A stretch of 64,000 nt of DNA from contig CM041465.1 in the NCBI GenBank assembly GCA_023213395.1, forward strand, positions 86,683,741-86,747,740. Direction: 5' to 3'. The notes beneath the pieces were generated by a model, which was not told where the DNA came from, did no database searches, and saw only the letters and a list, made by a program, of their open reading frames with translations. Of the stretch, positions 26,101 to 39,479 are shown in pieces; positions within the stretch are counted from its first letter, which is position 1; each line of letters opens with the position of its first letter. This DNA is from Cycas panzhihuaensis. Its lineage: Eukaryota > Plantae > Cycadophyta. The translations under genes were made by a program, and so were the position numbers.

Positions 26101-27894
26101 CAAGGCTCGGCATTGTTCACCCCTTTGAATTCGTGAACAGGGTGACTTTCTCATCTCAAATCCTAAAAATTTACAGTGAAATCCACATAAAGGAGCCAGA
26201 AGGGCCCACGGCAGAGCAGATAAAAGAATTGAAGGCAGAAATTCTTACAGAAATAAATGAGGGCGACATCAACAAAATAACCTTACATCACACACAGTTA
26301 GCTGTAGCCAAGCTCAAAAGAAAACATATATGGCTAGAATAAAGCAAGGGAAGAACATAACAGCAACAGAACCTCCCAATCTTTAAGGATTGCTGTCACC
26401 TAAATCCACAAGCATTTTAGCAATCAGCAAAACAGTTCTATGAGATAAACACCCTACCAAGAGCATTAGCCTACAGAAAAGTTATCCCAATCAGCCCAGA
26501 AGACTGAAAGGATATAGAAGCGGCACTAGATGAATTATTAAAATATAATCTAATCAGGTCATCTACATCAGATTTCTCGTGTCATGCATTCATGGTAAAC
26601 AAACACAATGAACAGAAGTTAGAAAAGAAAAGAATGGTGATCAACTACAAGCCACTCAATGCCATCACAATCAAATTCAGATATCCCATCCCTCACAAGG
26701 ATAATCTCCCAAGGAACTTGGTAGATTCCAAAATTTACTCTAAGTTTGACTGTAAAAGCAGCTTTTGCCAAATTAAAACAGCCCCTGAACATATCCACAA
26801 GACTGCATTCAGTACTTCCCAAGGACAATATGAGTGGATGGTTATGTCATTTGACCTATGCAATGTACCCAGCTACTTCCAAAGGTGGATGGATTTGATC
26901 TTCAAACCATACTACTCTTTTATTCTTGTATACATAGATAATATCTTGATCTATTCCTTCTTATTAGAGGAACACTGAGAGCATCTGGATAAGTTCATTG
27001 AGTTAGTCATAGAAAATGGAATAGTACTTTCAGATTCAAAAATGACTTTGGCATAGTCTAAGATCAAATTCTTGGAGCTTCACATTAAGGAGGGACGAGT
27101 GTAGCCGCAATCCCATGTAGTTGGACACATATTAGAATATCTTGACCAGATGGCAACTCCTAAACAGGTCCAATCCTTTTTAAAGTGCATTAATTACCTG
27201 TTGCCCTTCATTAAAGATTGCAACATTTAGAGAATAGGACTACAATCGCTATTGAAGAAGAATTCTTTTGACTGGACCAACGAGCATACAACACTAGTCC
27301 AGCAGTTAAAAAAATGTGCCAAGAACTTCCACTCTTAAGGATTCCCATAGGAAATAGAAAATTTACTGTCCAAACAGATGCCTCCAACACAGGATGGGAA
27401 GAGTATTATTTGAAAAACCGGTATGTATGCAGATATGCACTGGTCACATGGACTGATGTAGAAAAGCGCTACCACTCTATAGAGAGGGAAATACAAGCTG
27501 TCATTAAGGTACTAAAGGCCTTTAGACTCTATCTATTATCCTCTCACTTCACTATCCAAAATGACTACAAGGGGTTAGCCAGATTTAAAAACAGGAATAT
27601 TGATCACCTATTAGACAAGCATGGCAGAGCTTTTTGCATAAATTCTCATATGATGTAGAATATATTCCACGAACCACTAACATCCTTGCTGATAAATTGT
27701 CTAGGAAACATGATGGCACAACCGGAAGTGCAATAGACCCTATTTCAGCAAGCAATCCAGAATCTTACTCACCACCTTCAAATGAAGATTTGGCACGACA
27801 CCAAAGAAGACTACTATCTGCAACTAGTCGTCCGAATAAACTTAAGAGCATATCATCATCATCTCCAAGAAGAACACGTGATCGATTTGGATAA
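23114..27894 (+). pseudogene. Unit D polyprotein: 30K-type movement protein (~23114-23750), capsid with zinc knuckle (~24500-25440), aspartic protease (~25790-26100), RT (~26500-27150), RNase H (~27360-27710)
   Basis: YKYIHLSL..IINIEH..NYSIKLS (MP), CYLCGKIWHFADK, LLDTGCTYNMI, KKRMVINYKPLN, VYIDN, VQTDASNTGW, EREIQAV, NILADKLSR. Confidence 0.94.
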
Positions 27895-28388
27895 TGCAGA
27901 TCCATTTAGGTGGATCTACCATCCCGAATATGAATATATTAAAGTCACAACATCCAATATCGCTTTTAGAGACTTCAAAGAAATTTTGATACTTGTTAAT
28001 GCCAAAATTGTCAAAAATATTGGGTTCGCTTTTACGTATTCAAGATATGGATCAGGATGGTGGTACTTACTAATACATTTATTCACATGCTCATATTATA
28101 GGAGTAATCCGCCTTAAAAAATCCACTATGTATATCTATACAATAGTAGAATCATTTTTTGTAGAATAATTCTAAGTATCCATCACATAGAAGATGACCC
28201 CACAGATGCCTACTACGATTGCAGAAGCTAGTCCGGGTACAATGAGGGAAATATTTGAATTTAAAATTGACAACATACCAGACGTGAACCATTTTTATGG
28301 ATACGTATGGGTTGAAGATGGAATACAATGGTGGGACCTAACTTTTGAACAGAAGCTTAAAGAGGTGGATAATGAATTGGACATGTAG
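27710..28388 (+). pseudogene. Unit D ORF2, ~225 codons, overlapping the polyprotein end in another frame; unknown function
   Basis: MMAQPE..MKIWHDTKEDYYLQLVVRINL.. (27782-28117) and MREIFEFKIDNIPD..WVEDGIQWWD (28194-28388); region conserved in B, C and E. Confidence 0.65.
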
Positions 28389-28395
28389 ATCCTAT

Positions 28396-28482
28396 ATGGA
28401 GGGGGATGTCCTCCACACCATCCTAGTAAGGGGGATGTCATTTACATTTTGACATGTCATAGTGAGAGGGGATGTCTTTCAC
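28396..28482 (+). repeat. Triple hairpin repeat with constant GGGATGT loop (also 8795-8882, 17601-17688, 34443-34529)
   Basis: Consensus GTGGAGG-GGGATGT-CCTCCAC, GTAAAGG-GGGATGT-CCTTTAC, GTGAGAG-GGGATGT-CTCTCAC. Confidence 0.85.
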
Positions 28483-28658
28483 ATGTAAAAATATAAAATA
28501 TTATAACCTCAACCTTCGAGGACTGACATACTGACGGAAAAGACATTCACTCACCTCGAAGGGCAGATGCTCCTAGATATTCTCCCTTAATTAATATTTT
28601 ATGTCTGCATCGAATTCTTTGGGAAGTTTCTCCTAATAAAATAATATGAAAATCTTCC

Positions 28659-28665
28659 TATAAAG
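28659..28665 (+). promoter_or_regulatory. Putative TATA box of the viral pregenomic RNA promoter (also 34705-34711 +, 8612-8618 -, 17418-17424 -)
   Basis: TATAAAG conserved in four units, ~470 nt upstream of the PBS position; TGACATACTGACG pair at ~28524-28536. Confidence 0.65.
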
Positions 28666-29182
28666 AGGGAGCCTCCTCTCATTTGTAAACACACTCAGAA
28701 AAGCAAAGAGGCGAAGAGTAAGGAAGGAAGGAAGAGCAATGGGAGAGAAGGAGGCTCAGAACTTTTGTAATATCTTTTGAAGTATAATACAATGTGTGAT
28801 TTCTAAAATATTTGCATCTCTTAAAGCTTTCTTCTATTTATTATCCTACTATCATGCTGTCGGAGTATTCGATATAAAGGTATGCTCTTGCCTCGCCTGT
28901 CATAGGATCTTGGCCATCAAAAATTGTATCGAATCCTACTAGCCTAAATATTTCAGTTATTATTGAGCTTGCATAGAGACATTAGAATGTGTTCTTGTAT
29001 TTCCATGTTATTCTTTTGAGTTCTGACTACGTACTATATAAGATCTCTCTTGAAGTACAAGTGCCTGGCTTTCAGTCAAATATAAAAGACATTGGTGGCT
29101 TGGAGTAGACTGCTAGTAGCCAGGGTTTAGTGGAATGCTGGTGAATATTAGGATCATTCGGGTTGACTGTGTCCCCTTTGTA

Positions 29183-32100
29183 ATGGCTCTCCAAGCTTGA
29201 CTTTCAACCTCTGTAATAGAAGTCAGTATGAGAAATCTCTTAAATATAGTCAAAGAAAAATAAGACGTGATAGACAGGGCTACGAGAAAACTAGCCTTGC
29301 CTAAGGTCCTTATACAAGATCTGTACAATGAGACCAAGGCCAAAGCATTACTCATAGATTACATTAAACAGACTGAGGTTGACATAACTGCTATGGGAAT
29401 AGGCATAGCCCCTGTCTTCCTTCCATTTTCCTCCAGGGAAGAATGTGAAAAATGGATAAACAAAGACTACAAGTACATCCATTTGTCTTTAATGAATTTT
29501 ATCATAAATCTATTATTCGTTTATGAACTTGAAGTAAAATACTTGATGTTTATAATCGACATAAGACACCCTACGTGGAAGGAAGCATGCAAATGCCAAT
29601 TTAAGGGCAAGATGAATGAACCTACTTACTGCTCTGTTAAACTTAACTAGTCAATCAAGCTTTCAGACCTAATTACTCCATAAAAGATAATGATGTGTGT
29701 GGAGATAAAGGGGGTCAACCTGATACTAGACATCTCATACCTATCCATAAGAGGGAGGGCCATATTCAGACTACACAATACTTTCTTAGATAATGTGGAT
29801 CTCCCATATGGGATCCAACAGCTAGTAACAGGGCAGAACTTGATTAATTTTAGAAAGACAATAAACATTGAAGGGTTTACGACCTCTAATATTCCGGCAA
29901 TTAAGAAGTACTTAGAAAAGAAAGACAATGACCATTTCCATCTAAAAGACAAGAGGTCTTTTAAGAATCGTTTATCACTAGTACTTAGGCAAACAAATCT
30001 CAAGTCGGCTACTATACATATGATTCCTTATAAAGAAAAAGAACAAGATGAAAATAGAGAAGAAACCAAACGACAATCCTCTAGCCAAGTATATATACAA
30101 GTCCTAAAGGGCATCGCCGTATCAGTTGCCAAAATCTGCTCACAAACACCCTCATGGCCTAAATACCAAAACTTACCGAAGAAGAGAATAATGTCTAGAA
30201 AGTACAATATCAGCCAATAATCAAGATTAAAGGCAATGGATCTGTCACCCATGAGCAAAAACAGGGCAACTAGTATTCTAAATGGATGAGCTCTGCCCAA
30301 GAAAGAATCGACAGCATTGAGATAAAAATGTAAGCCATCCAAGAAGGTCTAGAGAATTTGACCATACAGACTGACATGATACTCCAGACCATCTAGGAAA
30401 TCAGTCAATCCCCTTCAGAGGGAGAAGTATAACTCCCTGAAATAAATTTTAGACCAGGTAAGAGAAACTAAAAAGAAGAATTTGTTATCGAGACGGGCAT
30501 CCTAAAGTTCCATCCTCCAAGGGAACCGCTTGCTCCTAGTAGGTATAGGATGGAAACCACTGGACCAGGGAATTACATGAGAATGAAAGAATCTTAACTA
30601 AACAATGAGCTGAATCTACCACTCAGTTTTGATGGCCTCATCAATCTTGATAGGTCAACACGATTAGGAGAGTGGATCAACTTATGTAAAATTGTACAAA
30701 TTAGTTTGACCATCTCTGACACAAAGATTGTCTCAATAGCCACAATACAATTCAAAGGCAACGACATGTACTGGTGGGATGCACTACCAGAAAGAATTGA
30801 CAAGGAAATTAAGGATGGATCAAGAGGTGCCTCGACTAGTATATTAGATGCAAGCTCCCTAATGAACGAGCTGCCCCCAGTAGGTGAAAAACCCATATCA
30901 AAAGCACAAGCCACTAACATCAATAACCTAGGCAAGACCATTGTAGTAGCTTTCGAACACAAGCGAGAAGTTTCATACCTAAGCGACATAAGGTTATTGA
31001 TAGGAATGCAATTAGAAAATCTATCCAGCCTTAACAAATTCTTAGCAGACTATGAAAAGCTGGCCTATAGGTCTGCTAGCTTCAGGGATACTATGGTAAA
31101 AATGAGCCTTATCTCCAAGATGTCATATCCCCTACCTGACAAAATACATCTATTTTTGTCCCACAGAAACATGCCTGTACAAAACATATTCCTAGGAGAA
31201 ATCATAGCAGCAATAAGGATATGCATCGCTGACTACTGCAAAGATAAGAAAATAATAAAAGCCACTATAAAGGATAAGATAAGTATGAAGGATTGTCAAT
31301 GCTTTTCCTGTATTAAGAAATATGGAAAAGAAGAAAAAGGGAAAAAGCATAAAAAACATAAGCGGCTAAGACGATCCTATGACAAAGAGAGGCGACCACA
31401 GAAACACTATTTCTGGAGGAAAAAAATTTCAATAAGGAAAAACAATAAAGAAACATGTTATTTATGTGGCAAAATAGGGCACTTTACAGACAAGTGCCCC
31501 AAGAAGAAGCCCAGGGTCAGGTCCATTTATATAGTCAAGTCCTTTGGTAGGTATTGGAAGTACATCTAGACAGATGAAGAAGTCTCTGAGTGAGAAGAAT
31601 TGTATGAGCTTAGCTCTAGTTCAGATGACTCTGAAAACGAATATGTAGCAAAGGGGCTCATGCAGACCCCCCTGAATTATACCACCCTAAACTAAAAAAT
31701 AAGACATTAATTTCAAGTGGTGGTTAGAGCCCAAAGAAAATGAAAGACAAATCGAAGAAGTCAAAAGGCAACACTAGAAATTAATCGAATCCAGGGAAGG
31801 ACAAAAGGAAGCAAGCACAAGGGCAACAATCTTACCACACACATCCAATGGACTGTACATTAAATGTAAATATAATGACTCATTTGAACTAAAAACTCTC
31901 TTAGATACTGGACGTATATATAATATGATACATGAGTCATGTGTCCCTAGGACCCTACTAGTAAGACTAAACTTCCCTATTGCCACTTACGAGATGAAGG
32001 GGCAAAAGTCTACCAGTACATATGAATGCACTCTTTCTGTAGAAATGGGAGCCTATACATATGATATTCACTTCATTGTAAATAATGATATTTCTGAATA

Positions 32101-33939
32101 TGCAGTTTTAGGACAAGAATTTGTCTCCCAGTATCTCGAATATACTATAAAAATTCTGATTCAAGGCTCAACATAGTTCACCCATCTGAATTCATGAACA
32201 AGGTGACTTTCTCATCTCAGATCCCGAAAATTTACAGTGAAATCCGCATAAAGGAGCCATAAGGGCCCACGGTAAAGCAGATAAAAGAATTTGAGACAGA
32301 AATTCTTGCAGAAATAAATGAGGGTGACATCAACAAAATAGTCTTACATCATACAATTAGCTATAGCCAAGCTCAAAAGAAAACAGATATGGCTAGAACA
32401 AGGCAAGGGAAGAACACGACATCAACAGAACCTCCCAAACTTTAAGAATTATTGTCACCTAAATCCACAAGCATTTTGACGCTCTACAAAATAGTTCTAT
32501 GAGATAAACACCCTACCTAGAGCATCAGCCTACGGAAAAGCTATACCAATAAACCTGAAAGACCGAAAGGATATGGAAGTTGTACTAGATGAATTATTAA
32601 AATACAATCTAATCAAGCCATCCACATTAGATTTCTCCTATCATACATTCATGGTAAACAAGCACACTGAACAGAAGCGGGGAAAGAAAAGAATGATGAT
32701 CAACTACAAGCCACTCAATGTCATCACAATCAAATTCAGATATCTCATCCCTCACAAGGATAATCTCCTAAGGAACTTGGTAGGTTCTAAAATTTACTCT
32801 AAGTTTGAAAGTAAAAGCGTCTTTTACCAAATTAAAATAGCCCATGAACATATCCACAAGACTACCTTTAGTACTTCCCAAGGATAATATGAGTGGATGG
32901 TTATGTCATTCGGCCTATGCAATGTACCCAGCAACTTCCAAATGTGGATGGACTCGATCTTCAGGCCATACTACTCTTTTATTCTTGTATACATAGATGA
33001 TGTCATGATCTATTCCTCCTCATTAGAGGAACACCGAGAGCATCTCAATAAGTTCCTCGAGTTGGTCAAAGAAAATGGAATAGTACTTTCAGATTTAAAA
33101 ACAACTTTGGCATAATCTGAGATCAAATTCTTGGGGCTTCACATTAAGAAGGGATGAGTACAGTTGTAACCCTATGAAATTGGATACATATTAGAATATC
33201 CTGACCAGATGGCAACTCCTAAACAGGTCCAATCCTTTTTAGGGTACATCAATTACCTACTTCCCTTCATTAAAGATTACAGCATTCAGAGAGCATGACT
33301 ACAATCGATATTCAAGAAGAATTCTTTTGACTGGACCAACGAGCATACAAAACTGGTCTAGGAGTTAAAAAGAATGTGCCAAAAACTTCCACCTTTAAGG
33401 ATTCCCACAGGAAATGGAAAATTTACTGTCTAAATAGATTCCTCCAACACAGGATGGGGAGCAGCATTATTTGAAAACCGGTAGGTATGCAGAGAGAAAA
33501 GCGCTACTACTCTACAGAGAGGAAAATACAAACTGTCGTCAAGGCACTAAAGGCCTTTAGACTCTATCTGTTAACCTCACTTCACTATCCAAAGTGACAA
33601 GGGGTTCACTAGATTTAAAAATAGGAATATTAATCCCCTATTAGGAAAGCATGGCAGATTAATAAGATGGCAGAGCTTTTTACACAAATTCTCATATGAC
33701 GTAGAATATATTCTAGGAACCACTTACATTCTTGTTGATAAATTGTCTAGGGAATAGGATGGCACACCGGAACCGCAGTGGACCCTATTTTAGCAAGCAA
33801 TCTAAAATCTTCCTCACCACCTCCAAATGAAGATTTGGCACGATACCAAAGAAGACTACTAGCTGCAACTAATCGTCCGAATAAACTTAAGAGCATATCA
33901 TCATCATCTCCAAGAAGAACACGTGATCGATTTAGATAA
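29183..33939 (+). pseudogene. Unit E polyprotein MP-CP-AP-RT-RNase H
   Basis: ORFs 29267-29650, 29690-30220, 30706-31569 (CYLCGKIGHFTDKC), 31925-32176, 32573-32887, 32897-33115 (VYIDDVMIYS). Confidence 0.93.
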
Positions 33940-34435
33940 TGCAGATCCATTCGGGTGGATCTACCATCTCGAATATGAATATATTAAAGTCACAGCACCC
34001 AATATTGCTTTTAGAAACTTCAAAGAAATTTTGATACTTGTTAACGCCAAAATTGTCAAAAATATTAGGTTTGCTTTTACGCATTCGAGACGTAGATCAG
34101 GATGGTGGTAGTTACTAATACATTTATTTGTAGGCTCATATTATAGAAGCAATCTGCCTTCAAAAACCCACTATGTACATCTATACAATAGTAGAATCAT
34201 TTTTGGCAGAAGAATTCTGGGCATCCATCACATAGAAGATGACCCCCTGAATGTCTACTACAATACCGGAGAAGCTAATATGGGCGTAATGAGGGAAATA
34301 TTTAAATTTGAAATTGACAATGTACCGGATGCGAACAGCTTTTATAGATACTTATGGGTTGAAGATAGGATATAATGGTGGGACCCAGCTTTTGAACAGA
34401 AACTTGAAGAGGTGGATAATGAATTGAATGTATAG
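33759..34435 (+). pseudogene. Unit E ORF2 (unknown function)
   Basis: IDLDNADPFGWIYHLEYEYIKVTAPNIAF (33923-34111), colinear with ORF2 of D. Confidence 0.6.
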
Positions 34436-35180
34436 ATCCTACGTGGAGGGGGATGTCCTCCACACCATCCTAGTAAAGGGGGATGTCCTTGACATTTTGA
34501 TGTGTCCTAGTGAGAGGGGATGTCTCATGCGTAAAAATATAAAATATTATAAACTCAACCCTCGAGGACTGACATACTAACAAAAAAGACATTCACTGAC
34601 CTCGAAGGGCATATGCTCCTAGATATTCTCCCTTAATTAATATTTTATGTCTCCATCAACTTCTTCGGGAAGTTTTCCCTAATAAAATAATACGAAAATC
34701 TTCCTATAAAGAGGGAGTCTCCCCTCATTTATAAACACACTCAGGAAAGCAAGGAGACAAAGAGTAAGGAAAGAAGGAAGAGCAAAGGGAGAGAAGGAGG
34801 CTCAGAACTTTTGTAATATCTTTTGAAGTATAATACAATGTGTGATTTCTGAAATATTTGCATCTCTTGAAGCTTTCTTCTATTTTCTATCTTACTGTCA
34901 TGCTGCCAGAGTATTCGATATGAAAGTATGTTCTTGCCTCGCCTGTCATAGGATCTTAGCAATCAGAAATTATATCAAATCCTACCAGCCTGAATATTCT
35001 AGTTATTATTAAAGCTTACATAGAGACATTAGAATGTGTTTTTGTATTACCATATTATTCTTCTGAGTTCTAGCTACGTACTACATAAGATCTCTGTTGA
35101 AGTACAAGTGCCTAGCGTTTCAGTCAGATATAAAAGACATTGGTAGCTCGTGGTAGATTGCTAGTAGCCAGGGCTTAGTG

Positions 35181-35193
35181 TGGTATCATAGCC
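35181..35193 (+). other. Degenerate tRNA-iMet PBS at the right end of the virus array
   Basis: TGGTATCATAGCC, one mismatch to 23043-23055, same upstream TTAGTG context. Confidence 0.85.
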
Positions 35194-36275
35194 TGACAAG
35201 GCGAACCAAATACTTCGTAAATACCACAATGGCATTTGTGGGGGGGCACTTTAGGGGCCAATATATGGCCTAGAGGATCCTTTGCATGGGTTACTATTGG
35301 CCGTCCCTTTTCAAGGATGCCCATGCTTATGCTTTGCCATGCCATAAGTGTTAGGAACATGCCAACATCATCCATTCGCCTTCTGAGACCCTATACCTTA
35401 TTATCTCTCTGTGGTCGTTTTCCTAATGGGGATTAGACCTCATCGGGGCCATAACCCCTTCTTGTTCGTCACAGCACAAGTTTATCTTAACTATAATGGA
35501 ATATTGCACTAATTGAGCTGAAGCAGTCCCTTTGTCTTCCACTTCTAGTAAAACTATAGCTACCTTCATCTACCAGCATATTATCTGTCGATTTAGGGTC
35601 CCTGATATCTTGATCACAGATAATGGAACTCCCTTTTGTAATAAGGAAATGGATGAGCTTTATGGAAAGTTTAGAATATCCTATAAGACTTCTTCTCCCT
35701 ATTTCCCTTGATCTAATGGCCAAATCGAGTCCTTCAACAAGACTCTTATAAATATTCTAAAGAAAATTGTTGCCCAATCCTAAAGGGATTGGCACCTTCA
35801 ACTTCCCTCTGCTTTACGGGCATATCACACTTCCATTCGCATGGCCACAGGGATGACCCCATTCTCCCTTGTGTATGGAAACGAGGCAGTCCTTCCCTTG
35901 GAAGTTAAAATTCCCTCCTTGCGTGTCTCCCTTCAAGGTCTTATTGACGAGGAGTCCTATCGCTAGGCCTGCCTCCTTGACTTTAAAGCTTTAGACGAGA
36001 GATGTTTGATTGCATATCTAGCGAATCTCACCTCCAAGGCTAAGGTGTGAAGAACATATGATAAACGTCTTTACCCTCACCCTTTGCATCTCGGGGACCA
36101 CATCCTCAAGCTAGAATACCTCTATGATTGCCTGCCTAAATTCGAACTTAAATAAGTTGATCCTTTCGTCATTCTCAAAAGTCTCAACAATGACACTTAT
36201 AGGATTACAACTCTAGAGGGTCTTGAGTTTGAGAAGGCCATTAATGGTAAATTCTTAAAGAAATTCTATGTGTGA
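35194..36275 (+). pseudogene. pol: Integrase remnant of element 2
   Basis: HNGICGG, ITDNGTPF, VYGNEAVLPLEV, INGKFLKKFYV-stop; colinear with 350-1420. Confidence 0.9.
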
Positions 36276-36280
36276 CCTTC

Positions 36281-39200
36281 TGGAATCGCACCTCTGGGGG
36301 GGTCACTTAACTTGAGTGAGGTCAAGCCAACACTACTAATGGCTTGGGTGACTATGGACCTCTAAGAATAAGAAAAATAGGTCACCTACAAAGGGCATCC
36401 GTGCATCGCAACACAAGTTCAAGGACCCGCTAATGGCGCACAAACTCCTTTCGGAAAACTCCTCCTCAATTTGGAATAATGGGTGAAAGAGGGATATTCT
36501 CAATTTCTTAAGTAACCTCAAAAGGGGGCCCTCCCGTCTTGGATGGCCGGAGGAGGGGAGGAAGGAAGCGAGGGAATACCTCCTTGTATGAAGAGGTAAC
36601 GAAGGAAATGACCCTTAGCAAAAAGGAGGAGAAACTCACATGCAAGCCTAAAGACAACTTACAACGCAAGTAGGCAAGAGAGCGACTGGTCCCACAAACT
36701 AAATGCCGACCAAAGGACGAGACCTAAGAGGTCTAGCTTGGGGAAACGAAGAAAGAAGAAAAAAAACATCCTTGAGAGGAGGTACTCTCAAAGCACAATA
36801 CCTAAGGAGGTTCTAGGTATGAAGGGTTAACAAAGGGTATTGTCTTATATTTGTCTTTTTTTTGTTATGTGATAGAGAGATATAAAATAGGAATATCGTG
36901 CTTATGTATGCAAAAAATGACTTTAAAAGAAAACAATGTATTCTTCCTCTCTCTCTAGATGTAACCTCGCTCTCTTTATTCTTTCATATGCAAGGAAAGA
37001 AAGAAAGCAAATTACTAAGTAGGTAAAAAGTTTAAGCAAGAGATGTAAAGCTATTTCGTGATATGCAATAAGGGGAAAAGAGTGTGTATGGATGAGTGCC
37101 TACCCACCTTGCCTTAGCTTTGGTAAGGGTGAAGGCTCTTATGAAAAGAGTAAATAAGTGGATGTGTGTGTGTCAAAAGAGAAGGGAAGCACCTACCAGT
37201 GCGGGGTTGACTAAATCCCCAACTATATGAAATTAAATGGGCAAGCAAGAAACAACCAGTAAAGTGTAAAACAACGTAATCCTTTTCTTTTCCTTTTGTC
37301 TAGGGGTATACAAGAAAAGGGGAGTAAAGGATAAGAGTAGGAAGACTAGGGAGAGAGATGTACTCAAAAATATGACGATCGGGGTAGCACTAACCTCACC
37401 ACTTTCGCAATCCTTGCCCTTCCCCTTGTCGCAGGTGGCACAATGGAAAGAATGCTAGTGAAAAGGAGGGGCTTCCTTACCTTCTCCCAAAACCAAAACA
37501 AAAGGAAAATATGAAGGAAGGAAATGGAAACACTAAAATGACTTTACTTTGTGTTTTTTTAAAGTGCCGAAAAAGTAACTGCTAAGTGAAGGAGGAGCTT
37601 ACCTGGGATGAAGATACCTGCTTACTCCAAAGGGGGACCCAACGCATGCTGGGATAAGTATGTGTAAGGAAATATGGCAAAACGTGTATATCTATTTTGA
37701 AAGAAAAAGCATTCTACATTAATACTTTTCCTTGTTTTGTATATACAATTAATTGTGTGATGTGGGAAGAGGGGTGAAAAGGAGAAAAGTGGGTAGCCTC
37801 GGGATGGCTAACCCTCCAAATCTAAAGTACTCCATTCTATCCCCAAGCACCAAGATAAAGGGTAAAGAGAGTGAAACAACCTAATAACAAGTGTGAATAG
37901 GTTTCTATGAAAGTAGACAAAAGCGGTAAAAGGGATTACAAATGTTGCAAAAGTTGCAAAGTGCAACTTCTGCAGGTTTTTACAAGAACTAACCCTTGAG
38001 CTAAAGAGGTATTATATAGGGCCAGAAACTAGGATATGTAGGATCTTCGATGGCCGGTTGCAAACACAGCAAAAGGCTACCTACGCTGCCATAAGCAAAG
38101 ATCTTCTCTTCAATGGTTCTCTGAGAAATTAAGGGAGGTATGGAGAAGAAGAGGGGAGGAGAGAAGGGGGCTGCCCTTAAGGAGAAGGCATTTTAGGTGC
38201 AAGACCCTATCTATGGCTCCTTTCGCTCTCCATATAACCCTCTTCCCTACTGCCTCCTTGAAGAACCCAAAGAGAGCCAAGAGAGGGTATGTGGACAGGC
38301 CAACAAGAGGGAAGGTTTACCTCCTGATACGATAGAGAAAAGAAGAAAGAAACTTACTACAAGAAGCACTAGTGGAAGAGTACCTATGCTATTCAAAAGG
38401 GAAATCAAAGGACTAATCTGAGAGTACCTGGTAAAGGCAGATCTACCTAGTAAATTGGGTGAAGAAGAGGGTCCTTTACAGTTTGCTGGAGGAAACCCTT
38501 GTAGTGTAGCAAATGGAAAATAAAACCTTGAGCAAAAGGAGACTTGGAGCTTGGTGAGGCGTTTAGAGTGCAATCCTTCTTCAACCAGTGTTATTGCAGA
38601 CTTGCAACCTGCATTTCCTGAGCTGCAAGGGGTTGGTAGTTTGGTTGTCAGTCAAGTGCAACAAAGCTTGAGTCTGTTATAGGGCATTTTTGGAGAAGAG
38701 AGTAGTGAAAAATGGATGAGAAGAGACCAAAATGAAGTAAATTTTGGGTTTTTAAACCTAACCCTAGCTCAACGAGCGATTAGGGTTCGCCTTAGGCGGG
38801 AGTCAAGTCACTGCCACATGGTAATTTCCCAATAAATATGAAATTAACCGTGGCTAATTTTAAAAAAAAAGTTATGAACAGTCACCCTACGATAAACTTA
38901 GTAGTACCATGAAGTTTGCAATAGTACCGCAAAGTTTACTGCGATGCAGGCAAAAGTAAGGTAAAAAGAAGAGTAGGGGAGCCCAAAAGCTCCCAAAAAG
39001 GGGGGAAATCCTAAACCATAAGGGGCATGCTACAGTATCCAGGTAGCAAGGAGGTTATGAGACCTAGCAGGACCACAACAAGCAGGAAATTAATGGTCAA
39101 AGACTCCCAAAAAGTGACAAAATGCATACATGAGGTGACGACCAGGTCTAAGCGAAATGCTAGGGGCTATGTCATACCAATAGACAACGTAATAAGGGCT

Positions 39201-39479
39201 ACAGGAGCCAGCGGTGCTCGGGGACATCATGGAGATACGTGGAGGGTTGTGGAGCACCATGGGATATGTATCCCAGATCGTCATAGGCTAAAAGGATGCT
39301 GAGATGCAATATGGTTAGGCAAACAATGCATAGTGATCATGTAGTCAACCCATCAGAATGCAATATAAGTAACATGCCTTGATCGACCATTTCAGGGACT
39401 GACAAACGAGAAAGATAAAAGCATACCTAAACTTACCTAAGTTGAGTCGCCCATGTCCATTCTAAGTAGTTGAAAAACA
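36281..39479 (-). repeat. 3' LTR of element 3
   Basis: Direct repeat of 51857-55097; preceded on the minus strand by PPT AAGGGGGCAG (39480-39489). Confidence 0.94.

Larger units (their letters stand above)
23031..29132 (+). mobile_element. Pararetrovirus unit D (complete, with PBS, ~6.09 kb)
   Basis: PBS, polyprotein, ORF2, intergenic region, then the junction scar at 29133-29138. Confidence 0.94.
5686..35193. mobile_element. Endogenous pararetrovirus (Caulimoviridae) array: five ~6.1 kb units with a central head-to-head inversion
   Basis: Repeated MP, CX2CX4HX4C, LLDTG protease, KKRMVINYKPLN/YIDD RT and RNase H motifs; no integrase or LTR; tRNA-Met PBS TGGTATCAGAGCC. Confidence 0.96.
29133..35193 (+). 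mobile_element. Pararetrovirus unit E (complete, ends on a PBS)
   Basis: Colinear with D; ends with TGGTATCATAGCC at 35181-35193. Confidence 0.93.

Noticed and set aside
28396-28482. CRISPR-like repeat-spacer reading of the triple hairpin
   Set aside because: Only three units, short unequal spacers (~9 and ~16 nt), no cas genes, and a plant virus context.
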